From the NCBI RefSeq assembly GCF_036971445.1, contig NC_091472.1, positions 27,838,001 through 27,902,000 on the forward strand: a stretch of DNA of 64,000 nt. Direction: 5' to 3'. The stretch comes from Narcine bancroftii (lineage: Eukaryota). The position numbers were made by a program, and so were the translations under genes. This document shows, piece after piece, positions 14,095-26,235 of this stretch (position 1 is the first letter of the stretch; each line of letters opens with the position of its first letter). The notes below the pieces were generated by a model, which worked only from the letters and a program-made list of their open reading frames with translations, ran no database searches and had not been told where the DNA came from.

Positions 14095-14300
14095 CTTGTC
14101 AGGACAATGTTACTGCAGCACCAGCGACCCAGTTGCGAATCTGTCGTGGTCTCCCAGGAGTTTGTACATTCTCCCTTTGTCTGCGTGGGTGCTCCGGTTT
14201 CCTTCCACAGTTCAAAAATGCATCAGGGTTGGAGGTTAATTGGGTGCAATTAGGACAGCATGGGCTCGTGGGCTTAAAGGGCCTGTTACTGCGCTACATG
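14095..14300 (+). mobile_element. V-SINE (HE1-like)
   Basis: ggagtttgtacattctccctttgtctgcgtgggtgctccggtttcc core. Confidence 0.8.
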
Positions 14301-15094
14301 TCGAAATATAAAAATGTAAAATACCAGCTGTATTGTTCTGAAAATGTTAGTCATTTTAACTTCTCCTTTTTAAATCAATTCTTTTCTAATTCTCCAGTGG
14401 GGCATGAGTGAAAACCATTTCCATCTGCTATTCCATGTTATTCTCTTCTTCCTAGTCACTTTTAACATACTTTTATGGCAAAACAAATTGTCCAAAAATA
14501 CTAAACATTTAAAATAAAAGTTGGTTGAGATTTAGTTAGCTTCATGATTTAACCACATGATGGCAGACTAGATAATGATTTTATCAAAATGCACACCACA
14601 GACCAAGTTAAAATTAAGTTTAAATCTCAACCATCCACCACAACAAAAGAGGCAGACACTAAAAGTTCTGCAGTATATTTCAAACACCTCCAGCTCCAAT
14701 TTAGCACCAAAATATATTAAGAGTTGTTTGCTGAGCGCATAGAACATTGTACATTTCGGTAACGTTCAGATTCCAAGTTGGTTTAATAATGGCGTAAATT
14801 GCTGCCACGAGCTAGATGAGGACACTGTTGATATCATTCGAATTTACCACTAATTTTTCAAATATTCTAATAATGCTAACTGGAGCTGAAAGAGTTCGAC
14901 CAGCTGCTGTAGTTTTGTCCTTGTTGATTGGTAAGAAAACATGTTTTAATGGACTTGTGCAAGGAAGTCAAAACTTATCCTACGTCCTAGCTTATAGAAG
15001 TATCTAAGATTAATGACAAAGGGGGAGGCCATTCATACCATCCTGTCAATGTCGATTGAGAAAGAGTGACCTGACCAGATCCCACCTTTCTGCA

Positions 15095-15270
15095 AACAAC
15101 GATGAGCTGGACGAACTGAGCAGGCCAGGCAGCATCCATGCGAGAAATGGAAATCATAAAGGGTTCTGACCTGAAGTGTTGACTGTCCTCTCCTCTCCAT
15201 GGGTGCTGCCTGACCTGCTGAATCCCTCCAGTTTCTCTTTCTTTCCTCAAGATTCCAGCGTCTGAATTTT
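15095..15270. mobile_element. Short fold-back Penelope-related repeat
   Basis: Inverted arms gcaggccaggcagca / tgctgcctgacctgc. Confidence 0.55.
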
Positions 15271-15357
15271 ATGTGATTCGCTCCTGTCGTACAGATACGC
15301 ACCAAGGCAACATTTCAATGCTATGACCGATTCTGTCTCTACCTCTCCTTCAGACAT

Positions 15358-18300
15358 TGGAGCATGAATTAAAAGATCTCACAACTGGAGGGAGAACAAA
15401 TGCTTTTATTAGCAGTCTTTGAAAGGGTTCTGGGGTTAGGTGTGAAACCAGGGTTATGTGTCAGAATATGGGGGCGGAGCCAGCCATCACCACAACACAC
15501 CATCAGTGATTCCCAGTTTACTGCATTCACCCCTTCCAGAATTTAGGGTCTGTGAATGAAAACAGAAAACATGGGTTCAGAGAAGAAAAAAAGTTGAAAA
15601 ATATACAGTTATTTACAAACTTACAGATTTAAGTGGTCCGGGGGTCTGGAGATCCTGGTGGATGGCCTTAGCACTGGGGAGCCTTGGACTCCTTGGGTCT
15701 CCTGGTCCCCTTGTGAGGGAAGAGAGCTGAGCTGAGTCTCCACCTCAACGGTGGAGGGGGAAGCACTTTCCTCCTGAACCGGATCCCCTGAGGCCCTGAC
15801 TGGGGGTGAAGAGAATGAGCTCCGTGGCTCGCAGGGCACTTGAGGCAAGGGACCCTCTGTTCTAGTGGGTGCCAGATCCCTGATGGAGACAGTGTCCTCC
15901 CTGCCATTTGAGTGCTCCACATAGGCATACATAGGATTGGCGTGGAGCAGTTCACCTTTTCCAGTAGGGGGTCAGTCTTGTTTCTCCTCATATGCTTCCT
16001 GAGAAGGACTGGACCAAGAGTGGTGAGCCAGGTTGGGAGTGTAGTTCCTGATGCCGACCTTCTTTCAAAATTGAATAGGAGCTCATGAAGAGTAGCGTTG
16101 GTTGCAGTACATAGTAGCGACGGGATGGAATGGAGTGCCAAAGGAAGGACTTCCTGCCAGTGTGAGTTTGGAGGGACTTTTGACTTTAGGGCCAGTTTGA
16201 CAGCCTTCCAGACCATGGCATTCTCATTTTCAACCTGCCTGTTCCCCCAGGGGTTGTAGCTAGTAGTCCTGCTGAACACAATGCCCCTCACCAGCAGGTA
16301 CTGATGTAGCTTGTCATTCATAAAGGATGAGCCCTGGTCACTATGAATATAACTGGAATATCCAAACAGGGTGAAAATGAAATCTAGAGCCATTATGACT
16401 TACGAAGTGAATGTGTCTGGACATAGGATGGCCAACAGGAAGCAAGAGTTCTCATCAGTGATGGAATGGAAGAAAGTGTTCCCATTCGTAGAGGGAAGAG
16501 GTCCCTTAAAATCAACAGTGAGCCATTTGAAGGGCCTGGATGATTTTATCAGGTGCACCTTTGCGAGGTGGTAGAAGTGCAGCTTGCAAGATCTGGTCAT
16601 TTCCCTGACCATACAACCATATAACCATATAACCACTTACAGCACAGAACAGGCCAGTTCAGCCCTACTAGTCCATGCTGTAACAAATCCCCACCCTCCT
16701 AGTCCCACTGACCAGCACCCGGTCCATACCCCTCCAGTCCTCTTCTGACATTTTCCATGGTGTAGGGTAGATTGCGTGCCTTGACAAAGTGAGCCATGCG
16801 GGTAACCCCTGGATGGCAGAGCTCATTATGAAGAGGCCGCAGTTGGCCGGTGTGTGCAGAGGCACAGCTTCTCTGGATAAGGCTTCTGGTGGGTCATTAA
16901 AAGCTCCTGGCCAATAGGCAATGTCATAATTTTAGATGGAGAGCTCGATCCTCCACCGAGCAATTTTGTCATTCTCGATTTGTCCCTCTTGTTGTTATTA
17001 AACACGAGTGTGACAGAGCGCTAGTCAGTGAGGAGTGTAAATTTCCTACCAGCCAGGTAGTGTCTCCAGTGCCTCACCGCTTCTACAATGGCTTGAGCCT
17101 CTTTTTCCACTGATGGGTTCTGTAGCTCATGGCCTTGTAACATCTGAGAAAAATTGCAAACAGCCAGCCTGCCTGGTTGGGGTAGTGGCCACGGCTATGT
17201 CTGAAGCGTCGTTTTCCACTTGGAAGGGTACATTCTTGTCCACCATGTGCATGGTGGCTTTTGCAATGTGATTCCGGAGGTAGTTAAAAGCCGTTTGGGC
17301 TTCAGCCAAGAGGGGTCAATTAGTGGCTTTTAAGAGAGGGCGAACCTTATCAACATATTGAGGGATCCACTGGGCGTAATATGAGAAAAACCCCAAAGCC
17401 TTTGTGGTCTTGGTAGCGGGGAGCTCTAAAAGGGGACGCATCCTATTGGGATCAGGCCATCAATGCCATTCTCCATCACATAGCCAAGGATAGCCAGAAG
17501 CTTAGTCCTGAACACGCACTTATTAGAATTATGTGAGGTTCAGGGCTTTCGCCATGTGGAGAAAACTTTGGAGGTTGGCATCATGGTCTTCCAAGATGGT
17601 AACATTATTGTGGTTGGAGCAGGTAGCCTTCAACCCATACTCATCCACCATTCCATCCATCTGCCTCTGAAAGATAGAAACCCCATTAGTGACCATCAAA
17701 TGCTGTATATGGACGGTCCTCGGAACGGATTGGTAACTGGTGGTAAGCAACTTTCAGTTCAATGGTTGAATAGACCCAATACTGTGCAATATTATTCACC
17801 ATGTCCGCAATTTGAGGGAGGGGATATGCGTCCATGAGTGTATACCAATAAATAGTTTGGCTATAGTCAATTACTAGCCTGGACTTGTTTACCCCCTTTA
17901 CCATTACCACTTGCACTCTCCACGGCCTGGTGCTAGGTTTGATTATACCTTTGTTGAGCAGACATTGTATCTCAGACTTTATGAAGTCTTGATCTGCTGT
18001 GCTGTACCTCCAGCCCTTGGTAGCAATAGGTTTGCAGTCTGAGGACAGATTCGGGAAGAGAGGAGGGGGGTTGATATTCAGTGTGGAGAGGCTTCATGTG
18101 GGGTCTGATTTTAGGAACCCTCCGTTCTGAACCGTTACACGGGGAAGGGGACCAGAATACTCCAAGGTCATGCTTTTAAGGTGACACAGGAAGTCCAGAC
18201 CCAACCACACCAGAGCACGCAATTCATCAAGTACATACAGGCAAATTTTACAAAATTCCCCCCTCGATCGACAAATGCACTATACAATGTTGTTGAATAC

Positions 18301-19775
18301 ACATAGAATGCGAATGAGATGCAAGGAGTATGCGATAATTGGAAGGATACATCTTCTGGTTGTATTTTCGCACAGTCCATGAGTCTTTGAAGCTTTCAGT
18401 AGAGACCGTGTCGATCAGGCATTTAGTGGAATGTCCATTTACCTTCACAGTCACTATGGAGTTACTGAGCTTGTGAGGTCTGTCCTGGTCCAGGACCATT
18501 GAGGCCAGGACCCCGGAGACTCCATACTCCTCACTCGAGTGGCCCCTACCATCCTGAGTTGCCCCGCATCGGTAAGATGGCATCGACCTCATGGTGCGGC
18601 AAGATGGCCACCCTCCTTCCTCCTCTGACGATGATAGCACTGAGTTTGAATTTGGGTCACAGCAAGACGGCTGCCAAGCCTTTTTGCACTGTTTCTTCAC
18701 TGCCACCCTCCGTTGGTGTGTAGTGCAGTAAGTGGGTTCGGGTGAATTCGGGGCTGATGGCTTGGGGCTGGAATTGGATCCAGGAGCAGTGCAAGCCATA
18801 GACTTCCCCAGGTTTCCCCTCACATGGCAAACCCTCGCCCAATGTCCTTTCTTGCCACAGTTGGAAGATACTGAGTCTTTAGCCGGGCAACAAGATCGGG
18901 GATGCTGGCTCTTGCCGCAGATAAAGCCCTCCATTGCACGGGGAGTGCTCCCTAGCATGGGAAGTGGCAGCCGTTAGGGCAGGTGGTAGCGGGAGCAGCT
19001 GGTCCTTGGAAGGGGTCACCTGGGTGAGCGAGCTCACTGGCTTCGAGGTCATCATTCTTGAGCTTGGCCTGTTCCAATGATTTGGCCAGTTCAATATGAC
19101 AGGCCAGGTCCTTCTTATCCAACTCGAGCAGTCGCTGCCTCATGTACCTTGAGCGGATACCCACAACTAGGGTGTTATAGATCTGTTCTTCCTCACGAAC
19201 ACGGCCTGTAGCCACTTCATACCTGCACTTCTTGGCAAGTGTCCACAGATCCAGCAGCTAGTCATCGATGGTCTTTCCTGGCTGTTGGCAACATAGTGCA
19301 AGTCGGTGCCTCACTAGGACCTTCAGGTACCATGCCTTCAAAGCTTTGATGGCAGTTTCATATGTAGTGGAGTTCCTAATGACTTCATACTCTTTTGTTC
19401 CTACCCTTAAAATGAGTGTGGACTTCTTGAGTTCATTGGTGTGGAAGACATCTCTGGTCACATTCAGGTAGGTCTGGAAGCAGTCTAGCCAGTACGTGAA
19501 CTTCTCAGCTGTGTCGGGGGGACAGAGGGTCTATCAGCACCATCCCTGGCTTGAGTACCAATTCTATCGTTTAGGAAATAAGCTAATAAAATTGTAGTGT
19601 GTAGCAACTGGAGGGAGAACAAATGCTTTTATTAGCTTATAACTATGGGTAGGGTCTCACAGTGGTCTTCGGAAGGATTCTGGGTTTAGATGGGAAACCA
19701 GGGTTATATGTGAGCAGATGGGAGCGGAGCCAGCCATTAGCACAACACACTGCCAGTGTATCCCAATTCACTGCA
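15358..19775 (-). mobile_element. Full-length but decayed Ty3/Gypsy LTR retrotransposon (gag-PR-RT-RH-IN)
   Basis: Two homologous LTRs (15358-15525 and 19593-19775). Polypurine tract GGAAGGGGTGAA abuts the 3' LTR. TSD GACAT/GACAC. Coding remnants: FICGKSQHPRSCC, CLIDTVS, IDYSQTI...DAYPLP, FQVENDASD, VDFKGPLP, IHSDQGSSF. Confidence 0.95.
16607..16745 (-). mobile_element. Short CR1 3'-end insertion inside the Gypsy integrase region
   Basis: Tandem accata(c/t)a tail, the reverse complement of the (atggttac)-like CR1 tail seen at about 63712-63737, plus CR1 3' UTR sequence. Confidence 0.75.
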
Positions 19776-19779
19776 GACA

Positions 19780-20620
19780 CTGAGATCCATCGCCCTTTCA
19801 TCACATTATCTCCTTTCTAATCCCTCCACTAAGGATAAGTTTTTAAATTTATATCTTCTGCTTTTTGACTCAGTGCCAAAGGCTTCTCCTTATTTATACT
19901 AACTAGGCCCGTCATAATTTCATTCAACTTGGCCTCCTTTCTTCCAAATAAAACAACTCCAGCTTTTCTTTTCTTTTCCCAGGGCTGAAATATCCTGGTC
20001 CTGGCAACATTTCACTAAATATCTGGACTCTCTCCATGTAATTGCATCTTCCCTGTAACGAGATGGCCAGAACTGTTTGCAATACTCAAGCTGTGGCCCA
20101 GCATGCAACTTTAGCATTGCCTCCCTGCACCCATATGCCATGCCCCCATTTATGAAGGGAAGCTTTTTAACTGTCTTATCTGCCTGTACGGATTTGTGGA
20201 TACATACTCTGAAGACCCTCTTTCTCCAGAATTCTCAGTACAGTAAAATCCCTGTTATGCAGAATTCAAGTAACCAGTAACCTCAAGAAACCGGCAAATA
20301 AAAGATGAAAGATAAATAGGTAAAAAAATACAAAAGTTTAAAATTCGAACCCCCACCACCATCTCCCACCCCCTCCCAGCACTAGCAGTTAGTTCTCCAA
20401 TCACACAACATGCAGTCTCAAGCAACCAGCAAATACACTTATCTGGCATCTACCAATCCCCTTAAGTGCTGGATAGCGGGGATTTTACTGTATTCCTCAT
20501 TTTATGTTCTATCCCCATGCTGTTCCTCAAACACTTCTCTAGATTAATTTCCATTTGCCACCCACCCAGATATCCGGACCAGTCCAAAGATTTCCTCTTC
20601 TCCATCATCCACGTAACCCA
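19780..20620 (-). mobile_element. Old CR1 fragment
   Basis: PQLEYCKQFWP and WQMEINLEKC remnants. Confidence 0.7.
20241..20490. mobile_element. Tc1/mariner-superfamily (Tigger/pogo-like) MITE
   Basis: TIRs CAGTAAAATCCC / GGGATTTTACTG flanked by TA on both sides; nested in CR1. Confidence 0.85.
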
Positions 20621-20877
20621 CTTTGGTTTGGGAGGAAGGGCGACATGGAAGTAGGAAGGGTTCAGCAACTGTGTTATGAAAGTTGATTGCCAGTGGTGTT
20701 ACCATCTTGATTGTTAGTTTAAGACTGCTGTCTCTGTGATAGTGTGTCATTGCATTAAACTGTGTTTCATCTTGCTGTGTTTGCAGTCTTGAAACTTTCA
20801 GAGCCAGGCTACTTAGAAGCTGCCAGTTATGGCTTTTGAGGTCATTCAGCATTTAAACTGTGCCATAAGCTAATATG

Positions 20878-21489
20878 TCATACCCACGCTCCTGTTCAGC
20901 TCTGAATCATGGATCCTGTACCGGCATCACCTACGGCTCCTAGAACGCTTCCATCAGCGCTGTCTCCGCTCCATCCTCAACATTCATTGGAATGACTTCA
21001 TCACCAACATCGAAGTACTCGAGCTGGCAGAATCCGCAAGCATCGAATCCACGCTGCTGAAGACCCACTGCGCTGGGTTGGTCACGTCTCCAGAATGGAG
21101 GACCATCACCTTCCCAAGATCGTGTTCTATGGCGAGCTCTCCACTGGCCACTGAGACAGAGGTGCACCAAAGAAGAGGTACAAGGACTGCCTAAAGAAAT
21201 CTCTTGGTGCCTGCCACATTGACCACCGCCAATGCTCTGATCTCGCCTCCAACCGTGCATCTTGGCGCCTCACCGTTCGGCGGGCTGCAACCTCCTTTGA
21301 AGAAGACCGCAAAGCCCACCTCACTGACAAAAGACAAAGGAGGAAAAACACAACACCCCACCCCAACCAACCAATTTTCCCCTGCAACCGCTGCAACCGT
21401 GCCTGCCTGTCCCGCATCGGACTTGTCAGTCACCAACGAGCCTGCAGCAGACCCCTCCATAAATCTTTGTCCGCGAAGCCAAGCCAACG
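20878..21489 (+). mobile_element. RTE-clade LINE, 5'-truncated
   Basis: Encodes LERFHQRCLRSILNIHW and, in pieces, RMED.LPKIVFYGEL..G.R..GAPKKRYKDCLK and FPCNRCNRACLSRIGLVSHQRAC. TSD AAGCTAATATG on both sides. Confidence 0.92.
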
Positions 21490-21502
21490 AAGCTAATATG
21501 AG

Positions 21503-21692
21503 TAAAACACAAACTAAATGCTGGAGGAACTATAGCCAGTCTTGCTGCATCCATAGGAAGTAAAGATACATTACTGATGTTTCGGGCCTGAGCCCTTCTT
21601 CGAGGTGTAAGTTAAGAGCAGTTCCTTCATGTACCTCCAGAATTGCTGTGTTGTTACTGCAATCACAGCATCTGCAGACTTTCGGGTTTCAC
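21503..21692. mobile_element. Short fold-back Penelope-derived element
   Basis: aaatgctggaggaac...ctccagaatt...acagcatctgcagactt; flanked by AAGCTAA(T/A)ATGAG duplications. Confidence 0.6.
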
Positions 21693-22484
21693 ATAAGCTA
21701 AAATGAGAACCCTGCTGTTACACCGAGACCTTTCAATACACAGTTATCATAAGCTGTACATCAAATGCCTTCAGCAAAACCCCATCCAACTATGTTAGAA
21801 GCTGGAAAGTAGAATGTTGGCGGATCTGGATGCACAGACCAAAGTATCAGATGAAAGTAGTTTGTTGCTGTGGGACTTGATCAATGGAAAGCTCAAATCA
21901 CATTTTGTTGAGACGGAGATAGTATTAAATGGGATCCAATTAAAAGCAGTGGAGGAAAAATACTCAAAATATGATGTTTTTATCATCTTCTGGGAAAATT
22001 GCAGTGCAGACAATGATTGCCTACATTTCTTCCTCTCCCTATATCTTTTCCACATATGATACTCATGAGTTAAAATGATTCGGGAAAGAGCCGTCATTTT
22101 TTGTGCAGAGTGAGATCCTAGAAATTGCCAAGAGATACATGAGAACAAAAGAAAATCAGATTTTGGCTGCAGAGGTGAAGGAGGGCCCATCAATTCCCTT
22201 TGCCTCCGATCTTCAATATTCAATTGTATTATCAGGACGGGCAGGTAAGATTGACATTACATCCTGGCTGTAAGGTCATTTCTCTGATTAAATGGTCCTC
22301 CCCCACTTCTAACATCGACTTGTTCAATAACATGGGACATGAAAAATTCAGAGGATGGACCAGATCAAATGAAAATTAAGAAGTGAGTTAAAATGTAATG
22401 CAGGAAAGGCATTGAAACACAGGTAGAAATGACAAAAAAAATAAGAACAGGACCATTGACAGTGAACAAACTTGCAATTTTGAA

Positions 22485-22755
22485 AGACTTACAGTTTACC
22501 AATTCTCCCCTCTCTTCCCCCTCCACCCACCCAGCCATCCCTCCTCTCCTTCATTGCTACTGTTCTCTTCCCCCTTTCTCCACCTATCATCTCCTGCCAT
22601 TACCACCCTCCACCTTTTTGTTCAGACACCTGCTGACTTTTTCCCATACCTTGATGAAGGGCTTGAGCCCGAAATATCGGTTATGTATTTTTACCTCTGC
22701 TACATAAAGGACACTGTTTGACCAACTGAGTTTCTCCAGCATTTTGTGTTGTTAT
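22485..22755 (+). mobile_element. Penelope-like element 3' remnant
   Basis: Pyrimidine tract, ttgatgaagggcttgagcccgaaa motif and ctgagtttctccagca motif. Confidence 0.7.
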
Positions 22756-22813
22756 TTTGTCTGCCTTATGGTCGACTAAAGGAAATTTTGTGCAATATTA
22801 CATTTTCTGTTTT

Positions 22814-22958
22814 AACCAATTTCCCCTGCAGCCGCTGCAACCGTGTCTGCCTGTCTCGCATCGGACTTGTCAGCCACAAACGAGCCTGCAGCTGACGTGG
22901 ACTTTTTACCCCCTCCATAAATCTTCGTCCGCGAAGCCAAGCCAAAGAAAGAAAAAAA
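22814..22958 (+). mobile_element. RTE LINE extreme 3' end
   Basis: Near-identical to the 3' end of the copies at 20878-21489 and 43190-43640. Confidence 0.9.
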
Positions 22959-23064
22959 GTCTTGAATCTTGAACATTCTCACGAATATTTTCTGCACCAT
23001 TTCCTGCTTAATATTTTTTCTGATAACTTGGTGACCAGAACTGCACACAATGCCTGAAGTGTGT

Positions 23065-23446
23065 TGTGGCGGCTCATTGCCGCAGCGATCGAGCTGACGC
23101 TCTAGGCGGTGAGCGCACCAAAAAGCCAGCAGACCGCACAGCGGCACTGGCCCAAGCAAATGAACCGGCAGATGAACGGCAAGGGCAGTGTAAGGGCCAG
23201 CGACCCCAAAATGGCGCTGGCTCTGCTACATATCAAACAGACAGGGACATAACGTGGGGAAGAAGGCATTGTCTTGCGAGAAGGTACCGGCACGCGGGAA
23301 ACCCGCTTTTGTTATGCGGGCCATTACATCAGCAATTGGGGCGAATGGAGGGAATGCGAGAGTTATAAAAGTCAGGCTTTAGCTCCAATAAAACACAGCA
23401 CTTAACCTTGTGAGTATGTCGTTTTTTAGAGTAGTGTGTGGCTACC
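23065..23446 (+). mobile_element. Solo LTR
   Basis: Starts TGTGGCGGC and ends GGCTACC. Contains TATAAAA followed by AATAAA. 4-bp TSD GTGT/GTGT. CpG-rich; interrupts a CR1 fragment. Confidence 0.82.
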
Positions 23447-23632
23447 GTGTTACCAATGACTTATCTCATTATAACATGACTTCAAAACTCTTCTACTCAG
23501 TTAATTGGTTACATCACTTATGTTATAGAACAAATTGATTTAGAAATAAATGACTAACAACATCGTTCAGAGGAAACTCAGTGGAATTCTGATTCTGCAT
23601 CTTTCAGTTGGTGAGAGAAGTGCATCTGAATA

Positions 23633-23958
23633 TAGTAAAATGTCCGAAAATCTGGATGCCAAAAATCCAGACTGCCTGAGAATTCAGACTTCTCCAAAAA
23701 TCTCTGCTTTTGCATATGTGCGTGGATGTATAAGCGCCACAGATGCACATGCGGAAGTCGCCAACATTTAAGAAAAAATTTTTTTTTTTTTTGTACTTTG
23801 TATTTTATATGAAATTTTTTTTTGTTAATAAACAGTCAAAATTCACCCGTTCATTCTTCTAAAATTTGAATTTTAAAGGTACTGCCCAAGAATCTGGAAA
23901 ATCTGAAAATCTGGTCTGACCTAATACCCGAACATTCCAAATTTTAGGACTTTTACTG
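23633..23958. mobile_element. Tigger/pogo-like MITE
   Basis: Imperfect TIRs TAGTAAAA / TTTTACTG with TA flanks and internal gaaaatctgg repeats. Confidence 0.7.
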
Positions 23959-23984
23959 TATGTTAAACACTGAAATGCTGGAGG

Positions 23985-26040
23985 AAGTCAATTTTATTGT
24001 CATCTGATTGTACAAGTGCAATCTGATGAAACAGTGTTCTCTGGTCCTCAGTGCAAAAACATGCAGACATACAAGCAGACAAAACACACATACAGACAAA
24101 TAATACATCTGCTTGACAAGTATTATATCTGTAAAAGTAAATAAATAAATATTATTTTGTACAATTGAGAGTCTTAGATGGTAATGGTGAGCAGTTCCCC
24201 TGATCATTCAGTATTCTCACGGCCTGTGGGAAGAAGTTGGTGCTGGCTCTCATCCTCCTGTATCTCTTCCCCAATGGGAGCAGCTGAAAGATGCTGTATG
24301 CAGGGTGGAAGGGGTTTTAAATCATTTTGCGCACCCTCTTCAGATGATGATCCTTAGAGATCACATGGATGGGGGGAAGGGAGATTCTAATGACCCTCTC
24401 TGCCATTCTTACAGTCTTATGGATTGACCTCTGATCCACTTCTCTGCAGCAACAGTATCACACTGTGATGCTGCCAACCAGATGCACTTGATAGAGTTCT
24501 TACAGAAGGTTGACATAATGATGGCCGGTAGCCTTTCCCACTGCATTCTCAGGAAGTGCAGTCACTGTTGCACCTTCCTGACAAGTGAAGAGATGTTGAG
24601 TGTCCACGATAAATCACTAGTTAAGTGGTGCTTTCCACTCTGTCTACTACAGAGTGGAAGATGGTCGTTCCTGGTCCTCTTGAAATCCATGATCAACTCT
24701 TTCGTCTTGTCCACATTGAGATTTAGGTTGTTACTCTTGCACCATTTCATGAGATTTTCCACCTCTTTGTATTGCAACTCTTCCTTATTACTGATGAGGC
24801 CAACTACTGTTGCGTTATCTGCCAACTTGATGACACTGTTGGAGCTGGATCCGGCTATGTAGTCATGGATCAGTAACGCAAACAGGAGCGGGCTGAGCAC
24901 ACAGCCCTGAGGTGCACCAGTGCTCAGTGTGACGGTGCTTGATATTCTGCTACCGACTCGGCCAGATTGATCTTTCTTTTAGGAAGTCCAGGATCCAATT
25001 ACAGAGAGGGGTGTTGAGTCCCAGTGAGGACAGCTTCTCCACCAGTCTCTGGGTAATGATGGTATTAAAATGCCAAGCTGAAGTCAATAAACTGCAGCCT
25101 GGTGTATGTGCCATCATTCTTCAGGTGGGCCAGGAAGGAGTGAAGCGACAGGCTATAGCATGGTCTGTGGAATGGTTTCTTCTATAGGAAAATTGAGGTG
25201 GATCTAGTGTTCCTGGAAGGTGTGCTTTGATGAGTTCTAGCACAAGATGCTCAAACCATTTAATAATGATGGAAGTCAGTGCTATGGGCAGTCATCATTG
25301 AAGCCTGTTATTGTCTCCCTCTTAGGATGATGGTGGCTGTCTTGAACCCTGAGGGAATGGTGGGCTGCTTGCTGCAGTGAAGTGTTGAAGATGTCCATGA
25401 CGACCTCTGTTAATTGGTCTGTGCAGTCCTTCAATACCCAACTAGGTATGTTGTCTGGTCCTGCCCTTGTGCCATTTCACCTTGGGTTGGGTTTTCCTCA
25501 CCTTGGCCGTGGCTGTGTGGGGGCGGGGGGGCCCGTTCATCAGGGCAACACAGATCTTTCTTTGCCTTCATCCTGTTATTCTCATCATTTCGTGCTTAGA
25601 AGGTGTTCAGTCTCTCTCAAAGGGAAGAATCATTATCCTTATTTCACAAGGTTGATTTAAGATTCATAAATAGTCTTGATCCCTTGCCACTTGTGCCTTG
25701 TGTCACCGATGTTGCATAGCTCTCTGCGTGCCCTCACACTGCTGTCCGGATTGCATGGGAGCGTTCACTCCTGGCTGATCTTAGTGTCATCCTGTCTCCT
25801 TTCCTCAAGGCAGCATCATGAGCTCTGAGAAGGGCCCAAATCTCTGCGTCCAACCATGGTTTCTGGGTATCCTTAGCTGTGAAGCACTTGTTCTCAGTGA
25901 CATCCTCAATGCATTTGCTGATGTGGCCAGTCTCTGTGCTTGTGTACTCCTGTACGTTTACATGATTGTTGTAGGTGGCCTCCTCCCTGAGACAGTCTGT
26001 GGTCTCAAAGCTGTCTTGCAGCGAAGCTATGGCACCACCC
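23985..26040 (-). mobile_element. Decayed Rex1/Babar-type LINE
   Basis: LSPLLFALLIHD...IKLADNATVVGLIS...WCKSNNLNLNVDKTKELIMDF; SLQDSFETTD...KPW. Confidence 0.92.
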
Positions 26041-26054
26041 CGGCCACATTCTGA

Positions 26055-26235
26055 TCTCAAGAACTCAGCTGGCCTCGCAGCTTTCATAGGAGGTAAAGGT
26101 ACATTACCGAAGTTGTTGGCCTGAGCCCTTCCTCAAGATACAAGTGAAGATACACAATGTCTACAAGACTGGTTGAGTTCCTCCAGCATTTCTGTGTTTT
26201 GCCTTAAAATCTGCAGACTTTCATGATTCACTCCA
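26055..26235. mobile_element. Short fold-back Penelope-derived element
   Basis: gaactcagc / gttgagttcctccagca arms; homologous to 21503-21692. Confidence 0.55.

Noticed and set aside
21814-22059. WD40-like peptide (LLLWDLINGKLK)
   Set aside because: A single short motif with no convincing splice signals or further repeats; likely chance.
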